A stretch of DNA of 64,000 nucleotides from Candidatus Zhuqueibacterota bacterium (GCA_049322915.1 JBMOPW010000012.1:1-64000), one strand, 5' to 3'; counted from the stretch's first letter, positions 10,602 to 20,872 are shown. Numbers and translations are program-made. The notes: generated from the letters alone by a model not told the origin.

Positions 10602-13600
10602 TTATTTAATGATGATAAATTTTCCTATTTTCTGGCACTCATTGCCGGCATCATCCTTTGCTTCGACGACATAAATGTACAGGCCAAACGCCACCTCCTG
10701 CCCTACAGAAGACAACAAATTCCAGTCTTCATCGCCGGTGCCATTGGTGTGGTATAGTTTTGTCACCAGTTCTCCCACTGTTGTATAAATTGAAATCGTG
10801 CAGTTTGCCGGCAGAAACATGAATCTGAGCCTTCGTTCGTTCTCCTGTGTTTCCCACTGGGCATTGACAACATAGGGATTAGGCACAACGCGGACATTGC
10901 TCAAACCATTCTCCAGATCCTCCTGTGTGGCGCTGACATGCGGTGGAGTAACTGTCACTTGAAAATAATCCGACGGCGTGAAAGCACGGTACGTCGCAAG
11001 CCTGATTTTCTGGCCTTCCAGCGGAAGTAAGCCTGTCGTATTATCCAGGGATGGTTTCAGCGTTATCCGATAGGCGAAATCGGCCTTCCAGTTGGGTGAA
11101 ATGGTATCACTCGCAGCAGAAGCTGTATACGTCCGATTGCCAATGTAAATAGCATCGCCGAGATCGAATTGAAGATTCGTCCCGGTGATGAGGCTATTCA
11201 CCTGCCTTGCCGGCGTTTCACTGACATTCCAAACGGAAAACGGCACTTTAATTTGGGCCAATTGTGGATCCGGACCTGCTTTGTCCACCCATGAGCTGTC
11301 TGAAGTGAACCGAATTTCATAGTTTGATACTTTTGTTTCAAATGGCGCAACAGTTACCGCCACTTCTTCGGCAGTTTCAACGTACCATCGGCCGGTCGTG
11401 TCCGTATTTACTATTCCCAACACATCGTTTCCATATTCATCGGTGACGCTGCGTATTCCGCCGAATTCCGTATCACCGGTCAGGCTAAAACGAATGCCAT
11501 CGATCAGTGGCATGTCTTCCTGTGCATTGATTGGCTGAACGTCCAACTCATTTCCGTTTTTGAAAACTGCAAATTGAGTTGCCGGGCTATCGATGAATGT
11601 CACCTGGTAAACCGATTCTTCTAGTGGAGGATCAATGATTTCAACTTTCAGATCTCCAACACCAAGACAATACTTGGCAATGGAAAACATCGGATCCTCG
11701 TATCCGATTGCCTCCGAATGAGGAGTGACAGTAACCACATTTTTCTCAATCGAAGCTGTGCCTCTGGCAGATTCATAAGAAGGCAGGTCCCTGGCAATAT
11801 CTCCCCTGTCGTAAGCTGTGATTGTATACGTGTAAGTTACGCCGTTACTGACATCTGTGTCAACATACGTATGACGCAATCCTGTATTATCACCGAGATA
11901 ATTCGTCGTATTGACCGGGTCTATCCCCGAATAGTCATCCACCAAATCGTACTGGGCCAATGGTACGTAACCAATCACCTGGCCCAACGCATCGGTGACG
12001 GGCGTTCCCCAGGAAGCGCCACCATCGACACTGCGGTAGATTTTATACCCCTCAAAATCATATTCTCCTGAAAACGGATCCGCTTTGGTTTCGGGCAGAT
12101 CATCCCAATAAAGCGTTACGCTTTGGTCACCGGCCACGCCATATAACGTGGGAGTTACCGGCCCGGTCGGCCCCTGGAAATTAACTTTGAACATATCCTG
12201 GGCGATGCTGATGTTCTTGGCAAAATCTTTGCGCTCCATTTCACTTTTAGCTGTGTACGATTCAACCCGATCCGCTCCAACACTTACGACAATTGTAGCG
12301 TACACGGTTTCATCAATATCCATGGTAAACGGACCGCTCATTACCAGGACACAATAATTTGTCATGTTACCCCAGGTCAATGAAAAATCATCCAGATGCG
12401 GGTCCGGGCCGTGGAAGAAATCGGTCACAGGCTGAGGCGCATATTGATTATTGGGCTGTCCTGTAATGTGTGCCCACAGGTCCCAGTCCTCAGCCGGGTA
12501 CGCAGCGGCAGTGCCGCCATCAGGACTGTAATGCGCGTCCGTCACACCAACATCTTTTGGAGTGCGAAGTACCGCCATGCCGAACACCCCGTTTTCGCGC
12601 CAACGGTTCTCACGGGTTTGTCCGTCCGGGTCGTATTGAATGAACACGTTATACGTGTCATTCGGATTGATACCACTGTTATAGGTATATAATTCTTCGT
12701 GATTAGCATCCCCGAAGAGCGGATCAAAATAATAGCCCCAGTAGCAACTGTCTAATTGCGCGCCACTGACATTTCGGATTGTAAAATTATAGAAATGAAA
12801 ATCTTCAGCATAGGGACGTCCGTAACAAATGCCCTCCATTACCACGACAATTCCGACCTGGGGAGCTTGCAAATTATCCTGATCATCCATGATGCACCAG
12901 ACATGCCGGTCACCGGCAAATTCACCGGGGACCTGGAGTCCGGTGCGCGTATCGATGCGGAAATCCCCCGGCCAAAAACGCCAGACTTTGTACAAATCAT
13001 CGTACCATGCGCCCATGCTGTCAACAAGCGCTTTATCCGCATCGCTCAAATCAGCATATTTGCCCACCGGCCCGGGATGCCACGTGCCGGGCCAAATGGT
13101 ATCATCCATCCAACCTGCCGGCCATGTTTCGGGAAGGTCGCTCGTTGCCATCATCGGGGTTCCGTCCGGGGCCAGTAAATAGTCGCGTTGCTCATCAACG
13201 GCGCAATGATAATGCCCGGACGCGCCATCGACGCCGCGCCAGTCCTCCATATCATAATGAGTATAGCCATCGATAACAGCCCCGGTACCATGGGTGTTTT
13301 TGACACTGCTGGTCGCAAAAAGGAATGAAAAATCATCTGTAGCATTTTCAGAGCCAATGTGCGAGGTCTCTGCGCCTTTACTTTTTGGCCAGGTGAAGTT
13401 ATAAATCACATTCTGAAGATAGCAGTCGGAGATCGCTCCATAATTGCCCACGGTGTTGATGAGTTCTCCTTTATTTAATTTTCCGTAGGCGTCATCTCCC
13501 CTTCCTGCTGGCTTGTACAGAGCCGCGGATCCGACTGTTTCATCATCGGACTTCATCTGCGCGAAGCCTTGCAACGACAATGCTATAAAGATTAGAGTGA

Positions 13601-13625
13601 ATAGTATTTGCGCATTTTTAAACAT
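10602..13625 (-). CDS. Large secreted protein with an FN3-like segment and a T9SS-like C-terminal domain, function unknown
   Basis: Signal peptide; GDQSVTLYWD...DFEGYKIYRS...YVDTDVSNGVTYTY.ITAYD FN3-like segment; C-terminal VRVVPNPY...FMFLP...IYT..GELV...WNL...GLYIY...GKFIIIK. Confidence 0.72.
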   Translation of the reverse strand: MFKNAQILFTLIFIALSLQGFAQMKSDDETVGSAALYKPAGRGDDAYGKLNKGELINTVGNYGAISDCYLQNVIYNFTWPKSKGAETSHIGSENATDDFSFLFATSSVKNTHGTGAVIDGYTHYDMEDWRGVDGASGHYHCAVDEQRDYLLAPDGTPMMATSDLPETWPAGWMDDTIWPGTWHPGPVGKYADLSDADKALVDSMGAWYDDLYKVWRFWPGDFRIDTRTGLQVPGEFAGDRHVWCIMDDQDNLQAPQVGIVVVMEGICYGRPYAEDFHFYNFTIRNVSGAQLDSCYWGYYFDPLFGDANHEELYTYNSGINPNDTYNVFIQYDPDGQTRENRWRENGVFGMAVLRTPKDVGVTDAHYSPDGGTAAAYPAEDWDLWAHITGQPNNQYAPQPVTDFFHGPDPHLDDFSLTWGNMTNYCVLVMSGPFTMDIDETVYATIVVSVGADRVESYTAKSEMERKDFAKNISIAQDMFKVNFQGPTGPVTPTLYGVAGDQSVTLYWDDLPETKADPFSGEYDFEGYKIYRSVDGGASWGTPVTDALGQVIGYVPLAQYDLVDDYSGIDPVNTTNYLGDNTGLRHTYVDTDVSNGVTYTYTITAYDRGDIARDLPSYESARGTASIEKNVVTVTPHSEAIGYEDPMFSIAKYCLGVGDLKVEIIDPPLEESVYQVTFIDSPATQFAVFKNGNELDVQPINAQEDMPLIDGIRFSLTGDTEFGGIRSVTDEYGNDVLGIVNTDTTGRWYVETAEEVAVTVAPFETKVSNYEIRFTSDSSWVDKAGPDPQLAQIKVPFSVWNVSETPARQVNSLITGTNLQFDLGDAIYIGNRTYTASAASDTISPNWKADFAYRITLKPSLDNTTGLLPLEGQKIRLATYRAFTPSDYFQVTVTPPHVSATQEDLENGLSNVRVVPNPYVVNAQWETQENERRLRFMFLPANCTISIYTTVGELVTKLYHTNGTGDEDWNLLSSVGQEVAFGLYIYVVEAKDDAGNECQKIGKFIIIK

Positions 13626-13655
13626 GAGTGGTTCTCCATCATTTATTGGGATAAA

Positions 13656-16340
13656 TTAAAAATCGAACCGCAGACCGGCGGATATCCTTCTTGGTTCTGT
13701 CATATTCGTCGGATTGTAGACACGGTCTTTTGTTGTTGATGTGTACGGACCGTTATCCCAGGGCAATCCGGTTCGGCTCCATACACTGATAGGATTCCGT
13801 CGATCAAATACATTTTGTACAATTAAAAACACGGTGAAACTGAATTGTGGGAATTTGAAAGGCTTCAACATTTTCACATCCAGATTATACGTTGCTTCCT
13901 GTCTGGCAGTATTTTTCTCAACCCGAAGTCCTTCGCCACCTTCGTCTAAGATGGGTGTATAGGGAAGCCCGCTGGCCGCTTCAAACAGAAAATTGAACTG
14001 CAAATTTTCGAGAAAAGCGTAACCGCCAATTTTCGGTCCAAATTCATCCGGGAAGATATAATTCAAATTCATCGCCATGTCATGGCGTCGGTCGAAATCG
14101 AGGTAGAAAATGCGTTTCGGACGTAGAGGAAAGTTCGTACGTTTGTAATCGTTATAGCCCTCTCGGGGATCAGATTCGTTGCCTTTGGCTATCGAATAGG
14201 TGTAGTTGAGGCTGGCATTGAAATTATAGGAGAATTTTTTTGTGATCGTCAAATCGGCGCCATTCACACTGGCGTAATCGGAATTATCATAGAGGGTGTA
14301 TTCATAAGGAAAAAATCCATGGTAGGTGCTGCCTGCTAAATTGGTGATATCTTTGAAAAACACGTTAAAATCAACTACATAATCCGATCCGATTTGCTGC
14401 TTCACCCCGGCTTCAAAAGCAACCGTTTGCTGAGGTTCAATGCTGGGATTCCCAATCAGAGGTTGATCTTCATCCACCTTTTTGGGGCCGTACATTTCAA
14501 GATAGCTGGGAATCTGGTAAAAATGACCATAGGAACTGTAGAACAAGGTCTGGTCAGTGACCGGGAATCCGATGCCAATGCGCGGACTCAGCAGATTTTT
14601 GGGCTTCACGTCAACTTCGTCAGATGCAATCCAGTCGCCGTTCTCATTCAGATATCCGGGGACATCGAGATCCGGCCACATCGTATGTTTCGAATCATTG
14701 TAATCAAAACGCAGGCCGGTATTTAAAATGAAATAGTCATGTTCCAGCTTATCCTGAACATAAATGGATAATTCAACCGGTTGGCGTGTAAAATTCTCGT
14801 AGCGGTGATTTTCTCCCTCCCACGGAAGGATGAACGTTTCGCGGGAGATTCGATGCCGGATCAATTCGATTCCTGATTTGATCAGATTCTTCCGGCTGAT
14901 TTGACTGGTGATATCGACTTTAGCTGTGTACGTGAGGATGTCCCGGTCGTCAATCGTTCCGTTATCGCCCGTGAGGTAAAAGCCGTCATTATTATTCGTC
15001 CTGGGAGTGAAAGTGGAACTGGTTAAATTGTACGTGTTGAATTCAGGATCATACGTAAATACGGCTGACTCTCCTTCAAGATATCTCTTGTACATTCTGT
15101 GAAAACGGGACAGACGCATCTCATAGAATGTCGAATTGCTCAGTGTATGTGTTAAAATTATGCCTTCACGTTCGACATTATTTTGTCGATCTTCATAACC
15201 ATCAGGATTATATTTCCAGGTATGTTCATACGGTTTCCAGTCCCGATAATTTCGTTGGCCGAAGACATTAATTTTCATCTTATCCATTCTGTAGGTCAAT
15301 TTCAAATTCAGTTCGCGGCTCTTATCATACCCCCAGGGGAGATAGCCGGGATCATTCGTCACGGCGCCGGAAGCAAAAAACGTCAGCTTGTCCAAACCAG
15401 GAACCGGCCCACTGAGGTTGGCGGTGAAATTTCCCTGGAATAACATGTATGATTTTTCATCTTCATTATCATATTCCGGCACCAGATAGATCGAATTGCC
15501 GAGGCTGTCGCGTATCGTATCCATAAATATTTCCTGCTCTGCTGCTCTCATATTTTCCGCAATGTCTGTATTCAACATCCAGTCCTGGTCACGATACGGG
15601 GATTGATTCAAACGCAGGCTCTCGTATTCAATCCGGCCGTTGTATTTCGAGCCACCTTCTTTTGTTACGATATTCACGACGCCGGACATCGCCTGTCCGT
15701 ATTCAGCGTTAAAACCACCGGTCAGTACCTGCAATTCCTTGATGGAGTATTTATCAATCTGGCTGCCAAATCCACCGGAATAAGGATCGCGCACATAAAC
15801 ACCATCGATCATGAAAGCGACTTCGCCGGCCCTGCCGCCGCGCACATGAAATTCACCTTCGCTATCTGTCGTAAAACCGGCCTGGGTGATGATTGCGCCT
15901 TCGAAATTGTTGATTGGCATTTCTGAAAATACCTCTGCCTCCACAACAGCGCTTTTTCCGGTGATATCTTTCTGAACCATTGGCTTTTCTGCAACAATCA
16001 GCATTTCTTCCCCGGGGATTGCCTGTTCGGATATTCCAAAATTTACAATCGTCGTTTGGTCCGCTGAAACCCTGACATCGGTTTTTACCTGATTCTCATA
16101 TCCAATCATTCTGACTGCAACAGAATACGTACCAGGCGGTATATTGAGAATGTAAAAATAACCATCCTGATTGCTGGAAGCTCCCAATTGAGTATCCTTC
16201 AGAATTATGCTTGCGCTAATAAGAGGCTCGCCTGTTTCTTTCACCTGAACACGACCCGATATTTTTCCAGTGGTTCCGGCAAATAAATTTAAACCTATCG
16301 AAAGTGTAACCAGGCAAGTAAGAATGATTTTTTGTACCAT
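13656..16340 (-). CDS. TonB-dependent receptor with N-terminal carboxypeptidase-regulatory-like domain
   Basis: GTTGKISG..GEPL...IPPGTY N-domain; plug HVRGGR..E..FMIDGV and GGFNAEYG.AMSGVVNIVTKEG; barrel motifs GLRFD, SPRIG, SYGHFYQ; terminal F. Confidence 0.92.
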   Translation of the reverse strand: MVQKIILTCLVTLSIGLNLFAGTTGKISGRVQVKETGEPLISASIILKDTQLGASSNQDGYFYILNIPPGTYSVAVRMIGYENQVKTDVRVSADQTTIVNFGISEQAIPGEEMLIVAEKPMVQKDITGKSAVVEAEVFSEMPINNFEGAIITQAGFTTDSEGEFHVRGGRAGEVAFMIDGVYVRDPYSGGFGSQIDKYSIKELQVLTGGFNAEYGQAMSGVVNIVTKEGGSKYNGRIEYESLRLNQSPYRDQDWMLNTDIAENMRAAEQEIFMDTIRDSLGNSIYLVPEYDNEDEKSYMLFQGNFTANLSGPVPGLDKLTFFASGAVTNDPGYLPWGYDKSRELNLKLTYRMDKMKINVFGQRNYRDWKPYEHTWKYNPDGYEDRQNNVEREGIILTHTLSNSTFYEMRLSRFHRMYKRYLEGESAVFTYDPEFNTYNLTSSTFTPRTNNNDGFYLTGDNGTIDDRDILTYTAKVDITSQISRKNLIKSGIELIRHRISRETFILPWEGENHRYENFTRQPVELSIYVQDKLEHDYFILNTGLRFDYNDSKHTMWPDLDVPGYLNENGDWIASDEVDVKPKNLLSPRIGIGFPVTDQTLFYSSYGHFYQIPSYLEMYGPKKVDEDQPLIGNPSIEPQQTVAFEAGVKQQIGSDYVVDFNVFFKDITNLAGSTYHGFFPYEYTLYDNSDYASVNGADLTITKKFSYNFNASLNYTYSIAKGNESDPREGYNDYKRTNFPLRPKRIFYLDFDRRHDMAMNLNYIFPDEFGPKIGGYAFLENLQFNFLFEAASGLPYTPILDEGGEGLRVEKNTARQEATYNLDVKMLKPFKFPQFSFTVFLIVQNVFDRRNPISVWSRTGLPWDNGPYTSTTKDRVYNPTNMTEPRRISAGLRFDF

Positions 16341-16387
16341 CGTCCTTATCCTTCTTGAATTAATTTGGTTCCAAATTTATATTATGC

Positions 16388-16571
16388 AAAGCATTTGTTT
16401 CATTCATGAGTAGAAAAAAAGTCCGTCAACGCACTTTTTTTGTATCACACCGATTTGTTTAAAAATGGTGAAGGGGAATCTATTGAAATGAAATATTATT
16501 TTCTCGGGTTTGAGGTCAGCAGGCTGCATACTATTGTTTCACGTTTTAGTATTCTCGAAACATTTGTTTCA
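16388..16571. promoter_or_regulatory. Cluster of RpiR-type operator-like boxes (GAAA-N6-TTTC)
   Basis: GAAACATTTGTTTC at 16557-16570 and GAAATATTATTTTC at 16490-16503; half-conserved AAAGCATTTGTTTCA (about 16388) and CATACTATTGTTTCA (about 16527). Confidence 0.6.
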
Positions 16572-16577
16572 CAGACC

Positions 16578-16605
16578 AATATAGTAAATATTAAATAAAT
16601 GTCAA
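16578..16605 (-). promoter_or_regulatory. sigma70-type promoter for the TonB receptor operon
   Basis: TTGACA-N16-TATATT on the minus strand, with the best operator box just downstream of the -10. Confidence 0.7.
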
Positions 16606-16633
16606 GGAAAAAAATGAGTCGATGCGGGTATTT

Positions 16634-17488
16634 TCAACGGGAATGCTCTTTCCGCACATGGTAGATCTCCTCTATTGTCGCTAATGTTTTGCTCTTTCGA
16701 TCATGACCGATTTGGGTGACCATTGAAGAAAGCAAAACCAACGCAGAAGCGATAGAATTGGAGATAGAAGAACTTTGTACTGTCACCAGAAGATAGACAT
16801 CGCAATATTGAATGATCTCACTGGCGACTTTATCTGTTATTGCGATGACAGGGATTTTTTTTTCTCTGGCGTATTCGGCAGCTTCGATGGTTTCAATGGA
16901 GTACGGATTGAAGGCAAAGGCAAGAATGACATCCCTCTCTGTCATATTAATGATGCGCTCGGTAAACTTTAGCTCGGAGTATTTCAGAGGAGTGGAACTG
17001 ATTGATATCCGATTGAATAAATAAGCGGCAATATCAGCTAAAAAACTGGATATTTTCATCCCCATGGTGTAGACATAATTGGCATTGGCCAGCAGATAAA
17101 TCGCTTCCCGATATTGTCCATAGTCAATGAGCTTGAGCGTATCTCCGATATTATTCATCGTTTCTTCGGCTATCAGCTCCAGGTAATTCGGCGCTGATGA
17201 CTGTTCCGATAAAAGGCTTTTATAGCGATGAATAGGATCCAATTCACTCCGGATGGATTGTAGGAACGCGGACTTCAACTCCTGATATCCCGCATATCCC
17301 AGGTTTTGAGCCAATCGCACAACCGTTGATTTGCTGGTATTCAACTCTGTTTCCAGTTCACGAATTGAACTCAATGCAAATTTACGAGGATTTTCAACAA
17401 TGTAGTTTGCGATGATTTTCTGGCTTTCCGTTAACCTGGAAATTTTATTTTTAATACGCTCTTTTACGTCAGTCAGTTTATCCTGCAT
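16634..17488 (-). CDS. MurR/RpiR family transcriptional regulator
   Basis: HTH (LTESQKIIANYI...SKSTVVRLAQNLGYAGYQELK) plus SIS domain (AITD...); ATG at 17488 preceded by GGAGG. Confidence 0.93.
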   Translation of the reverse strand: MQDKLTDVKERIKNKISRLTESQKIIANYIVENPRKFALSSIRELETELNTSKSTVVRLAQNLGYAGYQELKSAFLQSIRSELDPIHRYKSLLSEQSSAPNYLELIAEETMNNIGDTLKLIDYGQYREAIYLLANANYVYTMGMKISSFLADIAAYLFNRISISSTPLKYSELKFTERIINMTERDVILAFAFNPYSIETIEAAEYAREKKIPVIAITDKVASEIIQYCDVYLLVTVQSSSISNSIASALVLLSSMVTQIGHDRKSKTLATIEEIYHVRKEHSR

Positions 17489-17760
17489 ATTATCGATGAC
17501 CTCCAAATATTCCAACCGTTGTCAAAAATATTTTCTCTGCCAATTTGGGAGAAATATATCTTTGAAAAATGAATATATAGAAAAAAAATAGTAATTGCAA
17601 TTTGATTTTCAAAAACTATATTTTTGTTTAGAATTTTCCCGAATTCAAAATGAGATAGTCGATTGATTCTGGTGAAATTAAAATGAGCGATAAGATATTT
17701 TTTGACAAATGATAAATTTTGATTATCCGCTATGTACTTTTAACAGGAAGTAAATTTTTA

Positions 17761-17793
17761 TTGACTATTAAAAGATTAATTTGTATATATATT
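17761..17793 (+). promoter_or_regulatory. Putative sigma70 promoter of comM
   Basis: TTGACT-N17-TATATA(TATT) in an AT-rich divergent intergenic region. Confidence 0.45.
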
Positions 17794-17817
17794 AAGTAAC
17801 CGGCCAAACGGGGAAAT

Positions 17818-19353
17818 ATGTTAGCGAAAATTTTCAGTGCTGCTGTCGTCGGTATCGACGCCTATCTGGTTGAAGTAGAAGCCCATTTGGAAAGCCAATT
17901 GCCCGCGTTTGCAACGGTGGGTTTGCCCAATGGCGCTGTGCGGGAGTCCAAAGAGCGCGTGAATGCCGCTATTAAAAACTCCGGTTTTCCATTTCCGCAG
18001 AAGCGCATCACGATCAATCTGGCGCCAGCCGATATCAAAAAAGAGGGATCTGCCTTTGACCTGCCCATCGCTGTTGGTATCCTCGCAGCATCCGGGGTGA
18101 TCAATCAGGATCATCTGGAAGACTATATCATCCTGGGCGAATTGTCACTTGATGGCAGTCTGCGACCCATTCACGGCGCGCTGCCCATCGCCGTTGAGAT
18201 TAGTAAAAACCACGCAAAGGGCATTGTCCTGCCAGCAGAAAATGCCAGCGAAGCTGCCATGGCCGGTACCGTGAACGTCTACCCGGTCACGTCCCTTGGC
18301 GATGCCGTCGCTTTTTTCAACGGGGAAAAATCCATCGATCCATTCCATGTCTCCCTGCACGAGGTATTTTCGCAAAGCCGGCATTACCTGATCGATTTTC
18401 AGGATGTGAAAGGTCAGGAACATGTAAAGCGCGCCCTCGAAGTGGCTGCGGCTGGTGGGCATAATATCATCATGATCGGGCCGCCGGGCTCAGGCAAAAC
18501 CATGCTGGCCAAAAGAATTCCGACCATCTTGCCGGACCTCACGCTGGAAGAAGCACTGGAGACGACTAAAATCCATTCAGTGGCCGGACTGCTGCCTTCG
18601 AACACGCCGCTCATTGCCATCCGTCCCTATCGCTCGCCGCATCACACAATTTCCGATGCCGGGCTGATCGGTGGCGGCCAGGTGCCACGACCCGGAGAAG
18701 TCAGTCTCGCCCATCACGGCGTGCTCTTTCTGGATGAATTGCCTGAATTTAAAAAGAACGTGCTGGAAGTGATGCGTCAACCTCTCGAGGACGGTCGGGT
18801 GACAATTTCCCGTGCAGCGCTCTCGCTGACTTACCCGGCGCAGTTCATGCTGGCGGCAGCGATGAATCCCTGTCCCTGCGGCTATGCCACAGATCCCACT
18901 CATGAATGCTCGTGTACGGCCCAACAGATTCAGAAATATCTATCGCGGATATCCGGCCCGTTGCTGGACCGCATCGATATTCACATTGAAGTGCCCACGA
19001 TAAAATACAGCGAATTGACCGGAACGACAACAAGTGAAAGCTCAGAGAAGATTCGCCAGCGCGTGGAAGAAGCGAGGAAAATTCAAATCGAGCGTTTTAA
19101 AAACAAGAAAAACATCTACTGCAATTCCCATATGGAATCAAAAGACATTCGCCAGTACTGTAAATTCGATGCCCAGGGCGAGGAATTATTGAAAATGGCC
19201 ATCACCAAATTAGGCCTGTCGGCCCGGGCGTATGACCGAATTCTGAAAGTCGCGCGAACCATTGCGGACCTGGAGCGCAGCGACGATATAAAACCTCAGT
19301 ATATTAGTGAAGCGATCCAGTATCGGAGTCTGGACCGATTAGCATTTTATTAG
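17818..19353 (+). CDS. comM: YifB/ComM family Mg-chelatase-like AAA+ ATPase
   Basis: VGLP...[57 protein letters not shown]. Confidence 0.95.
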   Translation: MLAKIFSAAVVGIDAYLVEVEAHLESQLPAFATVGLPNGAVRESKERVNAAIKNSGFPFPQKRITINLAPADIKKEGSAFDLPIAVGILAASGVINQDHLEDYIILGELSLDGSLRPIHGALPIAVEISKNHAKGIVLPAENASEAAMAGTVNVYPVTSLGDAVAFFNGEKSIDPFHVSLHEVFSQSRHYLIDFQDVKGQEHVKRALEVAAAGGHNIIMIGPPGSGKTMLAKRIPTILPDLTLEEALETTKIHSVAGLLPSNTPLIAIRPYRSPHHTISDAGLIGGGQVPRPGEVSLAHHGVLFLDELPEFKKNVLEVMRQPLEDGRVTISRAALSLTYPAQFMLAAAMNPCPCGYATDPTHECSCTAQQIQKYLSRISGPLLDRIDIHIEVPTIKYSELTGTTTSESSEKIRQRVEEARKIQIERFKNKKNIYCNSHMESKDIRQYCKFDAQGEELLKMAITKLGLSARAYDRILKVARTIADLERSDDIKPQYISEAIQYRSLDRLAFY

Positions 19354-19366
19354 AAAGAATAAGGAC

Positions 19367-19717
19367 ATGGAAATCAGTAAAATCGACATCATCTTCTATC
19401 TGATCATCACTTTTTTCAGCATCTACAGCATCCTATTCGTCTACATCGTGTTGCGGTTGAGAACCTACATTCCCAAATTGCTGGATATTCTGCTCCGAAT
19501 CGATGCTGCCGTAAAACAACCTCTGCCGCACCAGCAGAAAGAAACTGAGAAACCAGCTCGATCCTGTAAAAATTGCAAGAACCGACTGCCCTTCTATTTC
19601 AGCGATCCGGGCTATGAGAGCTATTTTTACTATCGCTGTCGACTGACCCAAAAACAGGTCCCGCCCGATTATTCTTGCAATAAATTTATCCTGGATCCGC
19701 AGACCTATGATGTGTAA
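19367..19717 (+). CDS. Small membrane-anchored hypothetical protein with a four-Cys motif
   Basis: RBS AAGGA; N-terminal TM helix; C-terminal CKNC...C...C. Confidence 0.65.
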   Translation: MEISKIDIIFYLIITFFSIYSILFVYIVLRLRTYIPKLLDILLRIDAAVKQPLPHQQKETEKPARSCKNCKNRLPFYFSDPGYESYFYYRCRLTQKQVPPDYSCNKFILDPQTYDV

Positions 19718-19930
19718 TTTCTGATCGAAAAAATGAGTCGAGCCAGGTTGCATGCCGCATGAACTAGTTCTGAGATCGCGAACAAGGTGCGGAGGCACGA
19801 GCCGCCGGTGGCACCTGGTTTTTCATATCCGCTGACCGCGAATGTGTCTTGTATCGGTGACCGGGATTGCCCCGGGAAAAGCAGTTTTTGAAAGTTATTA
19901 ATCTGATGAAATTCATTGTGGAGAAGTGTT

Positions 19931-20272
19931 ATGGACTACAAGACAATCGATGTGTATTTTAAGAAAGATAAAGCGATCGTGACAGTCAAAGAAAAGAGAA
20001 TTTATCTGGGAATCACCGATTTATTCCGCGAAGATATGCTGGCACTGCTGGAGCATCAATCTCAGGAGTTGATTATGAATTTGAGTGAGGTCGCTGTGAT
20101 GAATAGCGCAGGATTGGGGGTGCTCATTATGGCGCGGGATATGATCAAAAAACGGAATGGTAGAGTGAAAATCACTCACCTGCAGCCATTGATGCAGGAC
20201 ATCTTTTCCAGAATGCGACTGGATACGCTGTTCGAAATTTACCCGGATATGGAAGAAGCGCTGGCGCATTAG
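19931..20272 (+). CDS. STAS domain anti-sigma factor antagonist
   Basis: MNLSEVAVMNSAGLGVL...L.TLFEIY...EAL pattern; GGAG RBS before ATG 19931. Confidence 0.88.
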   Translation: MDYKTIDVYFKKDKAIVTVKEKRIYLGITDLFREDMLALLEHQSQELIMNLSEVAVMNSAGLGVLIMARDMIKKRNGRVKITHLQPLMQDIFSRMRLDTLFEIYPDMEEALAH

Positions 20273-20330
20273 CAGCGCATACCAAAGGATTGAAAACCGC
20301 GGAATTCAAAGAGCAGCACCAAATAAAAAA

Positions 20331-20510
20331 CCCTGCAATATGAGATGGGATTACAAAGAACCGTGTTAGACACGGTGGGCACCGCCTGAACGCTTTTTAC
20401 TTCCACGAGCCGCCGAAGCGGCTGAGGCCTGTAATACACGCCCGAGAGCTAAGTTCCCAAATTGTAAAGTGTTGGCTCTTTATAATTGACCCATCCTTCA
20501 ATCGCAGGGC
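20331..20510 (-). ncRNA. ssrS: 6S RNA
   Basis: About 180 nt rod: closing stems CCCTGC/GCAGGG, GATGGG/CCCATC and ATTATAAAGAGCC/GGTTCTTTGTAAT; central bubble AACACTTTACAATT opposite a small hairpin; GGGAAC/GTGCCC inner stem; 3' T run. Confidence 0.85.
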
Positions 20511-20524
20511 ACTTTTTGTGCCAT

Positions 20525-20554
20525 AAATTAACAAAAAATATTTCTAAAAGTCAA
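20525..20554 (-). promoter_or_regulatory. Promoter of the 6S RNA
   Basis: TTGACT-N17/18-(T)TAATT(T) directly upstream of the RNA 5' end. Confidence 0.6.
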
Positions 20555-20872
20555 GGGAAAAAAAGCATTTTTCATTTCTGAAAAGGGATCACTCCAGCCC
20601 ATTTTCCTGTCAGTGCACGCGATGTTATATATTAATTATCCAGTTACGTACCGGATAGGCTATTGCGGAATCCAATGCACTTTAAAAATATATTCTTTGC
20701 AGATCTCTCACTCTTTCAAATCAACGATACGATATCGCATCTTGCACAACGGTATATCTCAAGCATATTCCATAGATTTCAAAACGAGCGCGCACTGAAT
20801 GCGGCCGTCAAACAGCCGACAGTCGCGGTTCATGGTTGCGCACAACGCAATAAACCGGTTAGAATGAGAACC

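Noticed and set aside
20663..20872. N-terminal extension of the DmpA ORF
   Set aside because: A signal peptide begins at the downstream ATG; the extension looks like intergenic sequence
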